Shown one piece after another: positions 28,350 through 38,449 of a DNA stretch of 64,000 bases (the first letter of the stretch is position 1; each line of letters begins with the position of its first letter). Below the pieces are notes generated by a model. That model was not told where the DNA came from and did no database searches. It saw only the letters and a list, made by a program, of their open reading frames with translations. The position numbers were made by a program, and so were the translations under genes. The stretch spans positions 448,001 through 512,000 of the forward strand of contig OZ251992.1 of assembly GCA_965246885.1 (NCBI GenBank), read 5' to 3'. This DNA is from Abditibacterium sp. (GTDB lineage Bacteria > Armatimonadota > Abditibacteriia > Abditibacteriales > Abditibacteriaceae).

Positions 28350-28390
28350 GCACAAGAGGCACGGCGGCAATGTTGGTAAATTAAGCGGTG

Positions 28391-29446
28391 ATGAACGAAA
28401 TTTCTTGTGCCGTTATCGGCTACGGCGGCGCTTTTAACATGGGTCGTGCGCACGCCTCCTACATACAAGCCACGCCGGGTTTGCGCCTCCACTCCGTCTG
28501 CGACTTGTCCCCCGACCGCACGGAGGCCGCGCGCGCCGACTTCGCGGGCATCCAGACTTTCAATGCAATAGATGAACTAATCTCAGCAACAGACCTCGAT
28601 TTGTGCGTCATCGTTCTGCCTCACAATCTGCACGCGCCCATTGCCATCCAATGCGCGCGCGCCGGAAAGCACGTCGTGACCGAAAAGCCGATGTGCGTGA
28701 CAGTGGACGAAGCGACCCGCATGATTGAGGCCTCGCGCGCGGCGGGCAAGATGTTATCGGTGTTCCACAACCGCCGTCAGGACGCCGATTATCAAACGCT
28801 ACGGCGCCTGTTGGTCGAAGAAAGGCTGATCGGCGACATCTTCGCCATTGAGGTATTTTCGGGCGGTTTCGGCGCGCAAGACCCGAAATGGTGGCGCTCC
28901 AGCAAGCAGATTTCCGGCGGGTATTTCTACGATTGGGGCGCGCATTTTCTCGATTGGGCGTTGGGATTGTTGCCCGGTAAAATCGTGGACGTGAGCGGCT
29001 ATTTCCACAAACGCGTCTGGCATGATGTCACCAACGAAGACCAAGTGCAAGCCTTGGTGCGCTTCGAGTCGGGCGCCGTGTTGGACATCACGATGAGCAG
29101 CATTGCGCACGCCCAAAAGCCGCGCTGGTGGGTTTTAGGCGACAAGGGCGCTCTCGTTGATCGCCAAAAAACATGGGGCCAAGGCCACTTCGAGGTTACT
29201 GGCGACTTCCAAGCGAGCGGCCACAGCGCTGTTTTAAACGTGCCGTACACAGGCGACAGTCATTGGGAAGCCTACTACGCAAACATCGCCGCGCACCTGT
29301 TAAGGGGTGAAGAATTGGCCGTTAAGCCCGAACAAGCGCGCCGCCTCATCGCCATTATGGAAGGCGCCGAAAAATCCAGCGCGCTGGGCCACTCGGTCGT
29401 TCTACCCACAGAAGACGAAGACGCGCAGTTCGTGCGCAACCACTGA
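28391..29446 (+). CDS. Gfo/Idh/MocA family oxidoreductase
   Basis: IGYG, AGKHVVTEKP, FHNRR and GGYFYDWGAHFLD motifs. Confidence 0.93.
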   Translation: MNEISCAVIGYGGAFNMGRAHASYIQATPGLRLHSVCDLSPDRTEAARADFAGIQTFNAIDELISATDLDLCVIVLPHNLHAPIAIQCARAGKHVVTEKPMCVTVDEATRMIEASRAAGKMLSVFHNRRQDADYQTLRRLLVEERLIGDIFAIEVFSGGFGAQDPKWWRSSKQISGGYFYDWGAHFLDWALGLLPGKIVDVSGYFHKRVWHDVTNEDQVQALVRFESGAVLDITMSSIAHAQKPRWWVLGDKGALVDRQKTWGQGHFEVTGDFQASGHSAVLNVPYTGDSHWEAYYANIAAHLLRGEELAVKPEQARRLIAIMEGAEKSSALGHSVVLPTEDEDAQFVRNH

Positions 29447-29468
29447 GTGGCGCGTCAAACTACCCGAT

Positions 29469-29484
29469 TGTTTCACATGAAACA
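29469..29484. promoter_or_regulatory. parS site
   Basis: TGTTTCACATGAAACA. Confidence 0.85.
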
Positions 29485-29524
29485 TTGGGGAACGATGGCG
29501 TCTTGATTCGCAACCAAGCCGCGT

Positions 29525-29540
29525 TGTTTCACGTGAAACA
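29525..29540. promoter_or_regulatory. parS site
   Basis: TGTTTCACGTGAAACA perfect palindrome. Confidence 0.93.
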
Positions 29541-29547
29541 ACGCGGC

Positions 29548-30474
29548 TTACATTTGGATAGAGCCGACAAGCTGAGCGACTGCACCGATGTCGTGTTGCT
29601 TCAGGTAGGCCGCGATACCGTCAATAATTTGCAGCGCCGCGCCCGGCTGGACGAAGGTGGCGGTGCCAACTTGGACGGCGCTGGCTCCTGCAATTAAAAA
29701 TTCGAGCGCATCGTTGGCCGTTGCGATGCCGCCGATGCCGATGATGGGGACGGTGATGTGTGGGTCGCTGGCGCATCTCCACACGGCGCGTAGCGCGAGG
29801 GGGCGAATGGCGGGGCCGCTCAAACCGCCCGTCCCGTTGCTTAAACGGGGGCGCCGCGTGCGCGTATCAATGGCGAAGCCAACGAAGGTGTTGGCGACAC
29901 AAAGCGCATCAGCGCCGCCGTTTTGCGCCGCGCGCCCGATTAGAGCGATGTCCGTCACGTTGGGCGACAGCTTGACGAACAAGGGCAAACCAGTCGCGGC
30001 GCGACACGCACGCACAACAGCTTCGGTTTGCGCCGGGTCGGTCGAAAAGTCGAGGCCGTGCGCGACGTTGGGACACGAAATATTCAGTTCGAGAGCGTCA
30101 ACTCCCTCCTCTGCATCCAAGTGGGCACATAATTCTGCAAAATCTGCGACGGAGTCTCCCGCGATGTTCACCACGAGGCGCGTCCCACATCCGCGCAAGA
30201 ACGGCAGTTTGTCGCGCCGAAAAGTCTCTAATCCAACGTTCTGCAGGCCAATAGCGTTCATCACCCCGGCGGGCGTCTCACAAGTGCGTGGTGGGGCGTT
30301 GCCCGCACGCGGCAGGCGCGTCACGGTTTTGCACACCAACGCGCCCAAACGCGACACGTCCACCAAGTCGGCGATCTCCTCGCCATATCCGAAAGTGCCC
30401 GATGCGGTTAAAACCGGGTTTGCCAGTTCGAGTGCTCCCAAACGGATGCGCAAATCGGGAAATGTTGGGTTCAT
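29548..30474 (-). CDS. pyrD: Dihydroorotate dehydrogenase family 1B, catalytic subunit
   Basis: ASGTFGYG, NAIGLQN, ELNISCPNV, KLSPN and GGLSGPAIRP motifs. Confidence 0.95.
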   Translation of the reverse strand: MNPTFPDLRIRLGALELANPVLTASGTFGYGEEIADLVDVSRLGALVCKTVTRLPRAGNAPPRTCETPAGVMNAIGLQNVGLETFRRDKLPFLRGCGTRLVVNIAGDSVADFAELCAHLDAEEGVDALELNISCPNVAHGLDFSTDPAQTEAVVRACRAATGLPLFVKLSPNVTDIALIGRAAQNGGADALCVANTFVGFAIDTRTRRPRLSNGTGGLSGPAIRPLALRAVWRCASDPHITVPIIGIGGIATANDALEFLIAGASAVQVGTATFVQPGAALQIIDGIAAYLKQHDIGAVAQLVGSIQM

Positions 30475-31325
30475 GTCCAATTTATCTCCTGCCCATCGCA
30501 CGCTGGCCCATCCACGCAAATGCGCCGAAAGCGTCCGTACTCGCCGCCATGTGGTTCGCGCATCGGCACGACGCAACCATTGCACACCCCGATGCCACAC
30601 GGCATATTCTCTTCGAGCGACACCTCGCACGCCACGCTTTTGGCCGCGCACAACCCCGCGACGGCGCGCAGCATCGGATACGGCCCGCACGCGAAAACCA
30701 TATCCGGCGGCTCGCTTTGTAGGCAAAGTTCCAGCAAATCGCCCACGCGCCCACAGTGCCCGCGCGAGCCGTCGTCCGTAGCGATTTCCAAGTTTGAGAA
30801 ATGCTCTTCACAAAGCACATCGCCCGCCGACCGTGCGCCCAACAACATTAAAATGTCCACGCCCCGCTCTTTGAGAGTGCGCGCAGTCAATACCATCGGC
30901 GGCACGCCGACACCACCGCCCACCAAAACGGCGCTTTGCCTTGCTTTGTGAAGCGAGAAACCATTGCCAAGCGGCCCAATCAAGTCGAGCCAGTCGCCCT
31001 CATTTGCCCTTGCAAGGAGCGCCGTGCCGCGCCCTTCAACGCGAAACAGAACGTCGAACTCATCGCCGCGCACGTCCATAACCGAAAACGCGCGCCGCAG
31101 GAGCGGGTCGAAAGACCAACTCCCATCACTTTCGCCGGTGCGCGCGCAGGGCAAGATATGCACGAACTGGCCGGGCCGGGCCGTCTGCGCCACGTGCGCA
31201 CACTCGATGGCAAAGGCGAAGTGGTGCCGCGCGACCTCGCGCTTGGAACGAATACGCGCCCGCAGTTGGCGCCGCTCGATGGGGGGCGCTGCGATGGGGG
31301 GCGCTGCGATGGATGTCGGGGTCAT
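30471..31325 (-). CDS. pyrK: Dihydroorotate dehydrogenase electron-transfer subunit
   Basis: PGQF, GPLGNGF, GGGVGVPP and EENMPCGIGVCNGC motifs. Confidence 0.93.
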   Translation of the reverse strand: MTPTSIAAPPIAAPPIERRQLRARIRSKREVARHHFAFAIECAHVAQTARPGQFVHILPCARTGESDGSWSFDPLLRRAFSVMDVRGDEFDVLFRVEGRGTALLARANEGDWLDLIGPLGNGFSLHKARQSAVLVGGGVGVPPMVLTARTLKERGVDILMLLGARSAGDVLCEEHFSNLEIATDDGSRGHCGRVGDLLELCLQSEPPDMVFACGPYPMLRAVAGLCAAKSVACEVSLEENMPCGIGVCNGCVVPMREPHGGEYGRFRRICVDGPACDGQEINWT

Positions 31326-31364
31326 GCAAGAGAGTTTGACACGCTCGGTGAGCGCCCTTACGCG

Positions 31365-31835
31365 TCACTCTTCGGTTTTACGCCCGCGTCCGCGCATTCG
31401 GTCGAGGAGTTGGGCGAAAAGCGCCACATCGTCGAACTGTTGATACACGGACGCGAAGCGGACATACGCGACCTGATCGAGCGCGAGGAGCGTTTCCATC
31501 ACCAACTCCCCGACCCGTCCGGCGGCAACCTCCGCCCCGCCTTCGGAGCGCAGTGCCGCTTCAATTTCCTCGACAGCCCGCTCGATGTCCTGCGTTGCGA
31601 CGGGCCGCTTGGAGCACGCCTTGGACAAACCAGAACGCAACTTGTCGGGCGAAAACTCTTCGCGCCGTCCGTCACGCTTGACCACAATAAGCGGTGGCTG
31701 CGCAATTCGCTCGAACGTCGTGAAGCGCTCATTGCACGAATCGCACGAGCGCCGCCGCCGTAGCGCCGCGCCGTCCTCGACGGGGCGCGAGTCCACGACG
31801 CGCGTGTCGTTGTGATGGCAGCGAGGGCATCTCAT
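31365..31835 (-). CDS. nrdR: Transcriptional repressor NrdR
   Basis: MRCPRC...RRRRSC..C.ERFTTFE, ATP cone and VAYVRFASVY. Confidence 0.96.
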   Translation of the reverse strand: MRCPRCHHNDTRVVDSRPVEDGAALRRRRSCDSCNERFTTFERIAQPPLIVVKRDGRREEFSPDKLRSGLSKACSKRPVATQDIERAVEEIEAALRSEGGAEVAAGRVGELVMETLLALDQVAYVRFASVYQQFDDVALFAQLLDRMRGRGRKTEE

Positions 31836-31841
31836 AGCGAG

Positions 31842-31857
31842 CGTTTCACGTGAAACA
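31842..31857. promoter_or_regulatory. parS site
   Basis: CGTTTCACGTGAAACA. Confidence 0.88.
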
Positions 31858-31874
31858 AAGTGGGCCGCGCGGCT

Positions 31875-32879
31875 TTAACTCTTGGCCGTGAGCTTCTGAG
31901 TTAGGCGCGCGAGTTCTTCGGGCGAACTATAGTGAACTACCAAAGCGCCGCCGCGCGCGCGCGCGCGAATCTGGACGCGGCTCCCTAATGCGCGCGCAAG
32001 GGTGGATTCAAGGCGCGCGATGTCGCTTTGCCGATGGGCCAAACGCGCCGCTTTTGGGCCGTCTTCAGTTCCCGTTGGCGACTCTTGTGACTCGTTTGCT
32101 TCGCGCGCGAGGCGCTCCACGTCGCGCACCGTCAGTCCATCGCGCACTGTGCGGCGCAGCAGCGCGCGCCGTGATTCCTCCCCGCTCGCCATGAGAATCG
32201 CGCGGCCATGTCCCTCGGAAATTTGGCCCCCCTTCAACGCTTCCAACGCTTCGGGCGGCAAGTCGAGTAGGCGCAGCGTGTTGGCAATGGCGACGCGGCT
32301 TTTCCCGACCCGTGCGGCGATTTTCTCCTGCGACAAGCCGAACTCGCTCGCCAACCGCTTATAAGCGTGCGCCGATTCGAGCGATGAAATGTCGTGGCGT
32401 TGCACGTTCTCGATGATGGCCAACTCCAGCGCCGCTTGGTCGTCCACGTCGCGCACGATGGCCGGAATGTGCACTAAGCCCGCTCGCGTCGCGGCCCGCC
32501 AGCGCCGCTCGCCCGCGATCATTTGGAAGCGGTGCTTCCCAGTTGGCCGCACCAACACGGGCTGCAACACGCCGTGCTGCTTCAGCGAAACCGCGAGGTT
32601 CTCCAATTCTTCCTCTGAAAACACTTGGCGCGGTTGGAACGGGTTCGGCTCAATGGCACTAATCGCCAAATATCGCACCTCGCCTTGAAGCGCGCCCGCG
32701 CCGTTCTTGGGTGCCTCGGACGCTTTCCCGCCGCCTTTGGCGTCCTTCGCGGTGGGGATGGATGGCAGGGCGGGTAGGGCATCGCCTCGCGCGAAGCCAG
32801 AAAGCAGATCAAAATCGGATTCGGGAATCAGGGCGGATAATCCGCGTCCCAGCCCGCGCTGAATGGTTTTGGTGGACAT
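31875..32879 (-). CDS. parB: Chromosome partition protein ParB
   Basis: GLGRGLSALI, NPFQPR, AGERRWRA, ENVQR and HTH motifs. Confidence 0.96.
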   Translation of the reverse strand: MSTKTIQRGLGRGLSALIPESDFDLLSGFARGDALPALPSIPTAKDAKGGGKASEAPKNGAGALQGEVRYLAISAIEPNPFQPRQVFSEEELENLAVSLKQHGVLQPVLVRPTGKHRFQMIAGERRWRAATRAGLVHIPAIVRDVDDQAALELAIIENVQRHDISSLESAHAYKRLASEFGLSQEKIAARVGKSRVAIANTLRLLDLPPEALEALKGGQISEGHGRAILMASGEESRRALLRRTVRDGLTVRDVERLAREANESQESPTGTEDGPKAARLAHRQSDIARLESTLARALGSRVQIRARARGGALVVHYSSPEELARLTQKLTAKS

Positions 32880-32915
32880 GATAATGGTGCGATTGTGGTG
32901 CGAAGCGAGCGCAGT

Positions 32916-33731
32916 TTAAGGTTTTGCCGGGGCCAGCCCGGCGCGACTCATCACCTCAACGGCGAGGCGGCGATACGCATCCGCTCCGGGCGAGCGCTTA
33001 TCGTGCAAGGCGATGGGCTTGCCGAACGAGGGCGCCTCGGCCAAGCGGACGTTGCGCGGAATGGCGGTTTTGAACAGCAGTTGCGGAAAGTGCTTTTCCA
33101 ACTCCTGCGACACCTGCCCCGACAGCGCGACGCGCGAATCGAACATGGTGCGCAGCAAGCCCATCACCGATAGGTCGGGGTTGAGAAAGCGGCGAATCTT
33201 TTCGAGCGTGCGCAGCAGTTGGCCCAGCCCCTCCAAAGCGAAGTATTCGCACTGAACGGGGATAACTAACCTATCGGCTGCCACCAGCGAGTTCACGGTG
33301 AGAATGGACAACGACGGCGGCGTGTCTATCACCACAAACTGGAAGTCGTCTTTTAGGGCACCGATGATTTGTTTCAGCCCGTCGCGGCGCGGGTTGGCGG
33401 CGAGTTCGATTTCCGACCCCGCCAGTTCGGGTGCTGCGCCAACGACCGACAAAAGTGGCATAGGGCCTTTGGCAATGCCGGGACGAAGCACACTGGCGGG
33501 CGCCGCGTCGGGATGATCGGCGCGCGCGCTTTCAATTGCGACCAGCGCCTCATACAAGGACGGCCCGCCGTAGTCGGACGCCGACACTCCGCAACCGGAG
33601 GTCGCGTTGCCTTGCGGGTCAAGGTCAAGGAGGAGAGTCGGGTGCCCCCACTGCGCGAGAGCGGCGGCTAAGTTCACGGCGGTTGTCGTCTTCCCGACGC
33701 CGCCTTTTTGGTTAATCACGCTAAGAATCAT
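32916..33731 (-). CDS. parA: Chromosome partition ATPase ParA/Soj
   Basis: NQKGGVGKTTT, DLDPQGNAT, PVQCEYFALEG and IPRNVRLAEAPS motifs. Confidence 0.96.
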   Translation of the reverse strand: MILSVINQKGGVGKTTTAVNLAAALAQWGHPTLLLDLDPQGNATSGCGVSASDYGGPSLYEALVAIESARADHPDAAPASVLRPGIAKGPMPLLSVVGAAPELAGSEIELAANPRRDGLKQIIGALKDDFQFVVIDTPPSLSILTVNSLVAADRLVIPVQCEYFALEGLGQLLRTLEKIRRFLNPDLSVMGLLRTMFDSRVALSGQVSQELEKHFPQLLFKTAIPRNVRLAEAPSFGKPIALHDKRSPGADAYRRLAVEVMSRAGLAPAKP

Positions 33732-33745
33732 AGTCGCGCCCTCAA

Positions 33746-33761
33746 TGTTTCACGTGAAACG
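33746..33761. promoter_or_regulatory. parS site
   Basis: TGTTTCACGTGAAACG. Confidence 0.88.
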
Positions 33762-33778
33762 GGCGGAAGGTATTTTAG

Positions 33779-33794
33779 CGTTTCACGTGAAACA
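33779..33794. promoter_or_regulatory. parS site
   Basis: CGTTTCACGTGAAACA. Confidence 0.88.
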
Positions 33795-33827
33795 AGGCGC
33801 ACGGCCCACGCGAGCGGGCGCTCTTGG

Positions 33828-35192
33828 TTACTTGAGCGCGAAATTCTTGGGCACCACAACTATCCCTTCGGGCGAGACGGTAAAGCGGGCGCGGTCGGCC
33901 TCCTCATCGTAGCCTATCTCCGTGTGTGGCGGGACTTTGACGTGCTTGTCTATGATGGCGCGACGGATTTTGCAATGGCGCCCAATCTCCACGTCGTCGA
34001 ACAAAATAGAGTCCTCGACGCTTGCCCACGAGTGGATGAACGAGCGCGGGCCGATGATGGAGCGCTCTACGCGCGCCCCCGACACCACAGAACCCGTGCA
34101 CAAGAGGGAATCTACAATCACAGGTGTGCGCCCCCGGTCGTGCGCAATCACACGAGCCGGTGGGCCAGGTTGCGCGCGGCGATGCACGGGCCACTCGTCG
34201 TCGTACAGGTTGAACTGCGGTGCCACGCTGACCAAGTCCATGTTCGCCTCGTAATACGACTGCACCGTGCCGATGTCCCGCCAATACACCTCGTCCGGCG
34301 GAAGGGCCGCCGACTTGTTCTCGTCCACAAACGGGTAAGCAAAAACGCGGTCGCCATCCTTCACCATGCGCGGGATGATGTTCTTGCCGAAGTCGTGGTC
34401 GGTATCGGTTTTCACGTCCTCTATTACACGCCGCACCAACTTCTCGGTCGAAAAGATATACACGCCCATCGAAGAGTAGGAAAACTCCTCGTCGCCGGGG
34501 ATGGGCGGCGGGTCGGTGGGCTTCTCCATGAAACCCTCGATGCGGCCCGTCGCATCGGCTTGCGCGATACCAAAACGGGACGCTTCCGCTCGCGGCACGC
34601 GCGTGCAAGAGATGGTTAAGTCGGCGCCGTGCTCCATATGAAAGTTGAGCATCTTCGCGTAGTCCATCTTGTAGATGTGGTCGCCCGACAGAATCACCAC
34701 ATACGCCGGTTTTTCCTGCTCCAGCATGTAGATGTTCTGATAAATGGCGTCGGCGGTGCCCCCATACCAGCGCGACACATTGCGCTGTTGGGGCGGAATC
34801 ACGTTGATGTACTCGCCCATCACAGGGTTGAACAGTTCCCACGCCGTTTGGATGTGGCGCTGCAAGGAGAACGACTTGTACTGCGTCATCACCAAGATGC
34901 GGCGCATACCGGAGTTGATGCAGTTGGACAGCGCAAAGTCAATGATGCGGTAAGTGCCGCCAAAAGGAACCCCCGGCTTGGCGCGGTCGCGCGTGAGGGG
35001 CGAGAGCCGCTCCCCCTGACCGCCCGCCAGAATCATCACGACGGTGTTTTGCAACGGGTTCTGACCTGCGCGCCCCTGCACTCCGCGCGAGATGGTCGGG
35101 GCAAAGCGCACCTCACCGGGATGGACATACTGGTCAACGGGCGAGGGCGCGGACTCAGCCGGGGATGATTCGGTTGGCGTGTGGAGTTCCAT
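33828..35192 (-). CDS. glgC: Glucose-1-phosphate adenylyltransferase
   Basis: LAGGQGERL.PLT..RAKPGVPFGG, GTADAIYQN, SGDHIYKMDY and DFGKNIIP motifs. Confidence 0.96.
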   Translation of the reverse strand: MELHTPTESSPAESAPSPVDQYVHPGEVRFAPTISRGVQGRAGQNPLQNTVVMILAGGQGERLSPLTRDRAKPGVPFGGTYRIIDFALSNCINSGMRRILVMTQYKSFSLQRHIQTAWELFNPVMGEYINVIPPQQRNVSRWYGGTADAIYQNIYMLEQEKPAYVVILSGDHIYKMDYAKMLNFHMEHGADLTISCTRVPRAEASRFGIAQADATGRIEGFMEKPTDPPPIPGDEEFSYSSMGVYIFSTEKLVRRVIEDVKTDTDHDFGKNIIPRMVKDGDRVFAYPFVDENKSAALPPDEVYWRDIGTVQSYYEANMDLVSVAPQFNLYDDEWPVHRRAQPGPPARVIAHDRGRTPVIVDSLLCTGSVVSGARVERSIIGPRSFIHSWASVEDSILFDDVEIGRHCKIRRAIIDKHVKVPPHTEIGYDEEADRARFTVSPEGIVVVPKNFALK

Positions 35193-35219
35193 GATGATCT
35201 TAAAAAACAGGTGCAGTGT

Positions 35220-35624
35220 CTACGCGGCGCGCGTTTGGAGTAGCTCGGCGACTTTGGCTTTCAAACCGGACAGGTCGCTTTGCTTCACAATGTAAGCGTC
35301 GGCTGACCACGACGCGAAGGAGTCCTTATAACTCGCGTAGGCAGTGTGAATGATGACCGGGACGTGCCGGTCGGCTTCGATGAGGCGCGACATGGTATCG
35401 AGGCCGTCCATCACCGGCATGTTGACGTCTATAATGACGAGGTCGGGGTGCGACTCGGCAGCCATGCGTAACGCCTGCTTGCCGTCGGGCGCGGTAATGA
35501 CTTCGTAGCCCTCATCGCGCATCTCTTCCTCATACAAAGCGCGTTGGTTGGGATCGTCTTCGACGATCAGTATAAGCGGCTGGCGCGGTGCGGTTTGGGT
35601 CGGTGTGCTGGTGTCGGTATTCAT
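35220..35624 (-). CDS. Single-domain response regulator
   Basis: LIVEDD, DVNMPVMDG, TAY and K motifs of a receiver domain. Confidence 0.93.
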   Translation of the reverse strand: MNTDTSTPTQTAPRQPLILIVEDDPNQRALYEEEMRDEGYEVITAPDGKQALRMAAESHPDLVIIDVNMPVMDGLDTMSRLIEADRHVPVIIHTAYASYKDSFASWSADAYIVKQSDLSGLKAKVAELLQTRAA

Positions 35625-35672
35625 GGCGATGATAAGTGAACCTTGTAAGAGCGATACGCGCGCCAGAAGTAA

Positions 35673-38042
35673 TTAAATTTCCTTCTGGACTTCCTCAGTT
35701 GTCCTCAGGGGAAAGGTGAACGTAAACGTGGTGCCGACGCCCTCCTCTGACTCGACGTCTATGTGCCCGCCGTGATCGGCGATGATGCGCTTGGTGACGG
35801 GTAGTCCCAAGCCCGACCCGGAAACTTTGGTCGAAAAGAACGGGTCGAACACCTGCTTAAGGGCTTTCCCCGAAATTCCAACGCCCGCGTCTTTGATGCT
35901 GATGGCGACGGTATCCGGGGACGGCTGGCAAGTCGTCACGCACATGGCGCCGCCGTCCGGCATGGCCTGCGCGCCGTTGCGGATAGTGTTGAGTAGCGCT
36001 TGCAAGATGCGCGAGCGGTCGAGGGGCACAAGCGGCAACTCTGGGGTAAAATCGCGCTCTACCGTTACCCCTGCCGCGCGCAGGTCGGCTTCGGCGAGGA
36101 GCAACGAATGCTCGGCGACCTCGTTGAGCGATTCTAATTGTAGTTCCAACGGGCGCGGGCGGGCCATATCGAGCAGGTCGCCCAAAAGCTCTTCCAGCCG
36201 TTTGACCTCGTCCACAATGACGCCCGTTTTGCGCTTGACGCCTTCCACCTCGTCGGGCTTTTTGAGCACGGAGCGCGCGAAGCCGCCGATGGTCGCCAAG
36301 GGGTTGCGAATCTCGTGCGACACGCGCGCCGCCATCTCTCCCACCGCCACCAAGCGCTCGGACAAAACCAGTTCGCGCTGCGCTTCTTGCAAGTCGCCAA
36401 AAGTCTGGGCGTTGTCTATGGCCAAGCACGCTTGACCCGCCAAGGTGTCGAGCATTTGCACGTCGTCGTCCTCGACGGGCGCCCCGGAATAAAGGTTGTC
36501 GGCGAAGATGACGCCGATGACCTCGTCTTTGGTGACAAGGGGCGCAATGGCCATTTCGCGCGCGCACAAGAGGGCGGCGAAACGACCCGTTTCGTCTTTC
36601 CATTCCGGCGGAGCATCGTCGGGGCAGGAAAAGAGGTCGTCGTGCGTCACGCGGCGCGCGCGTTTGTCGGCCAAGACGGTGGCGAGCAGGGGAAAGCAGG
36701 GGTTGTCCGGGTGCCCGACTAACTCCCGCGTTTGCTGTTGCAGAGGCGTGTCGAGGTTTACCCCGTCGTGCGCCAGCATTTCTTCGAGCGATAGCTCGCG
36801 CTGCGAGATGTCCCCCCAAATCTGGCCCGCCTCGTCCGCCGACGACGGCCCAAGCGCCATGCGCCCGTTGAAGACGCCCCGCGCGCCATCGAACAGAAAC
36901 ACAAACGCCCGGTTGAACCCCAGAGCCGACCCCGCCGTGATGCACGTGAGCACCGTAGACAGCACCCGGTTGACATCGAGCGAAACGGCTTCTTGAAACA
37001 AGCGCCCGATTTCGTGCATCAGTTGCAGCTGGTACGTCTTGCGCCACCTCTGCGTCAGGTTAATCATCAACAGCGCTGTCTCGGCCTGCCCCCGAAAGTA
37101 AACGCGGAACAAGCGCACGTCGAAGATTTGGTTGCCTTCACGCGACCAGACATGCACTTCCGGCACCTCGCGCGCCTCGCCGGTTTCGAGCACCGTCTCG
37201 ATGGCGGCGCGCAGGTCGTGGTGGCGGGCGGGACTTTCCCCAAAGACGCGCTCGAAGGGCTGTTTGTGGAAGTCCTCCCGCGCGGCGCCAAAGGTGTCCA
37301 ATAACCGTTGGTTGACGAACTGAATGGTGCCGCCCTTATCCACCACCAGAAGCGAGTGCATCATCGAGGTAAGCAAGGACTGGTTAAAGTCGTTGATCTC
37401 GCTCATCGAGCGAGTGATGCGCGAGTTCTGCAAATAGGCGGCGACAATCGCGGCGCTGGTGTGCAATGCCGCTTCGTCGCGCGCTTCGAGGGCGCCCTCA
37501 TCGCGGGTCTGAATCACCAGCCAGCCCGACCCCTCGCCGTCGGCGGGCACCGTCACGCTCAGGACGGAGCGCGCTTCGGGGTGGGCGTCGCCGCTTCGCA
37601 GTTCGTGAGCGCGACGGCGCGACAAGGGCAGTGGCGCCAGACCATGCTCGCCCGCACCCGCCACTAAGATGAGGTCGTCCGCTTCGCCGTCCCAAAAGCG
37701 CACGAGGGAGTCTTCGTCGCCAAACAAGCCCGACAGCGCGCGACCCGACAGATACAGCGAGACATCGCAATCGGCGAAGTGCGAGCCGATGGCGCGCGTC
37801 ACCTGCGACAGAAACACCTCGTTATCGTGGGTGGCGAGCGCGCACTTTTGCACTTCGTTAACCAGAGAGAGGTGCCGAGCGCGCTTCTGCTCTTGTAAAA
37901 ACAGGGCGGAATGACGCGCGTCGGAGATTTCCAATTCTCGCACTTGGTGACTCAACTCTTCAATGCGCGCGTCGGCATCGAATTCCTCGGACGGCGGCGG
38001 GAACGTCGAACGCAAGGGGGGCGGCGGGGCGGCTTCGAGCAT
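35673..38042 (-). CDS. Cytoplasmic GAF-PAS-GAF sensor histidine kinase
   Basis: HEIRNPL, N box, DAGVG, FDPFFSTK and GSGLGL; start uncertain. Confidence 0.92.
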   Translation of the reverse strand: MLEAAPPPPLRSTFPPPSEEFDADARIEELSHQVRELEISDARHSALFLQEQKRARHLSLVNEVQKCALATHDNEVFLSQVTRAIGSHFADCDVSLYLSGRALSGLFGDEDSLVRFWDGEADDLILVAGAGEHGLAPLPLSRRRAHELRSGDAHPEARSVLSVTVPADGEGSGWLVIQTRDEGALEARDEAALHTSAAIVAAYLQNSRITRSMSEINDFNQSLLTSMMHSLLVVDKGGTIQFVNQRLLDTFGAAREDFHKQPFERVFGESPARHHDLRAAIETVLETGEAREVPEVHVWSREGNQIFDVRLFRVYFRGQAETALLMINLTQRWRKTYQLQLMHEIGRLFQEAVSLDVNRVLSTVLTCITAGSALGFNRAFVFLFDGARGVFNGRMALGPSSADEAGQIWGDISQRELSLEEMLAHDGVNLDTPLQQQTRELVGHPDNPCFPLLATVLADKRARRVTHDDLFSCPDDAPPEWKDETGRFAALLCAREMAIAPLVTKDEVIGVIFADNLYSGAPVEDDDVQMLDTLAGQACLAIDNAQTFGDLQEAQRELVLSERLVAVGEMAARVSHEIRNPLATIGGFARSVLKKPDEVEGVKRKTGVIVDEVKRLEELLGDLLDMARPRPLELQLESLNEVAEHSLLLAEADLRAAGVTVERDFTPELPLVPLDRSRILQALLNTIRNGAQAMPDGGAMCVTTCQPSPDTVAISIKDAGVGISGKALKQVFDPFFSTKVSGSGLGLPVTKRIIADHGGHIDVESEEGVGTTFTFTFPLRTTEEVQKEI

Positions 38043-38092
38043 GGCGCGGGGGTTCTCCAAAAAGCACCCGCAGTTTGCCCGAATGGACTCCG

Positions 38093-38246
38093 CCGCGCGC
38101 GGCCACTCCACCGCGCGCGGCCACTGCACTGCCTTTGTCTGTTACTCGCCGCCACGCGCGCGCCACTGACCCACAGGTACGCGTCGTTCGCCCACAGGTA
38201 CGCGTCGTTCGCCGCCACACGTCTGTCAACGCGTGGCGCAGGGCGG
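38093..38246. repeat. Tandem 18-bp x2 and 21-bp x2 repeats with a degenerate 21-nt continuation
   Basis: ccgcgcgcggccact(c/g)ca x2; cccacaggtacgcgtcgttcg at 38170 and 38191. Confidence 0.75.
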
Positions 38247-38449
38247 TGGCGGAGCCGCCTGCTCGTGTCCAACGGGCAGACACGGAAGCACGGCGGCGCG
38301 CGATTGACATGCGAATCGCACCTCCGAGGAAAAAATCGCCCAAGGCATCGGCAGATTTGGCACACTTGCGCTCCAAAGAACGTCCGCGCATTTTCTGGTT
38401 CGTGGGCGCCCATCTCTTATTTTCCGCCCTTCGCCCGGCTGTCTTCTTT

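Noticed and set aside
31278..31312. 15-bp duplication at the pyrK 5' end (PPIAA-type repeat)
   Set aside because: Simple in-frame slippage in a disordered N-terminus
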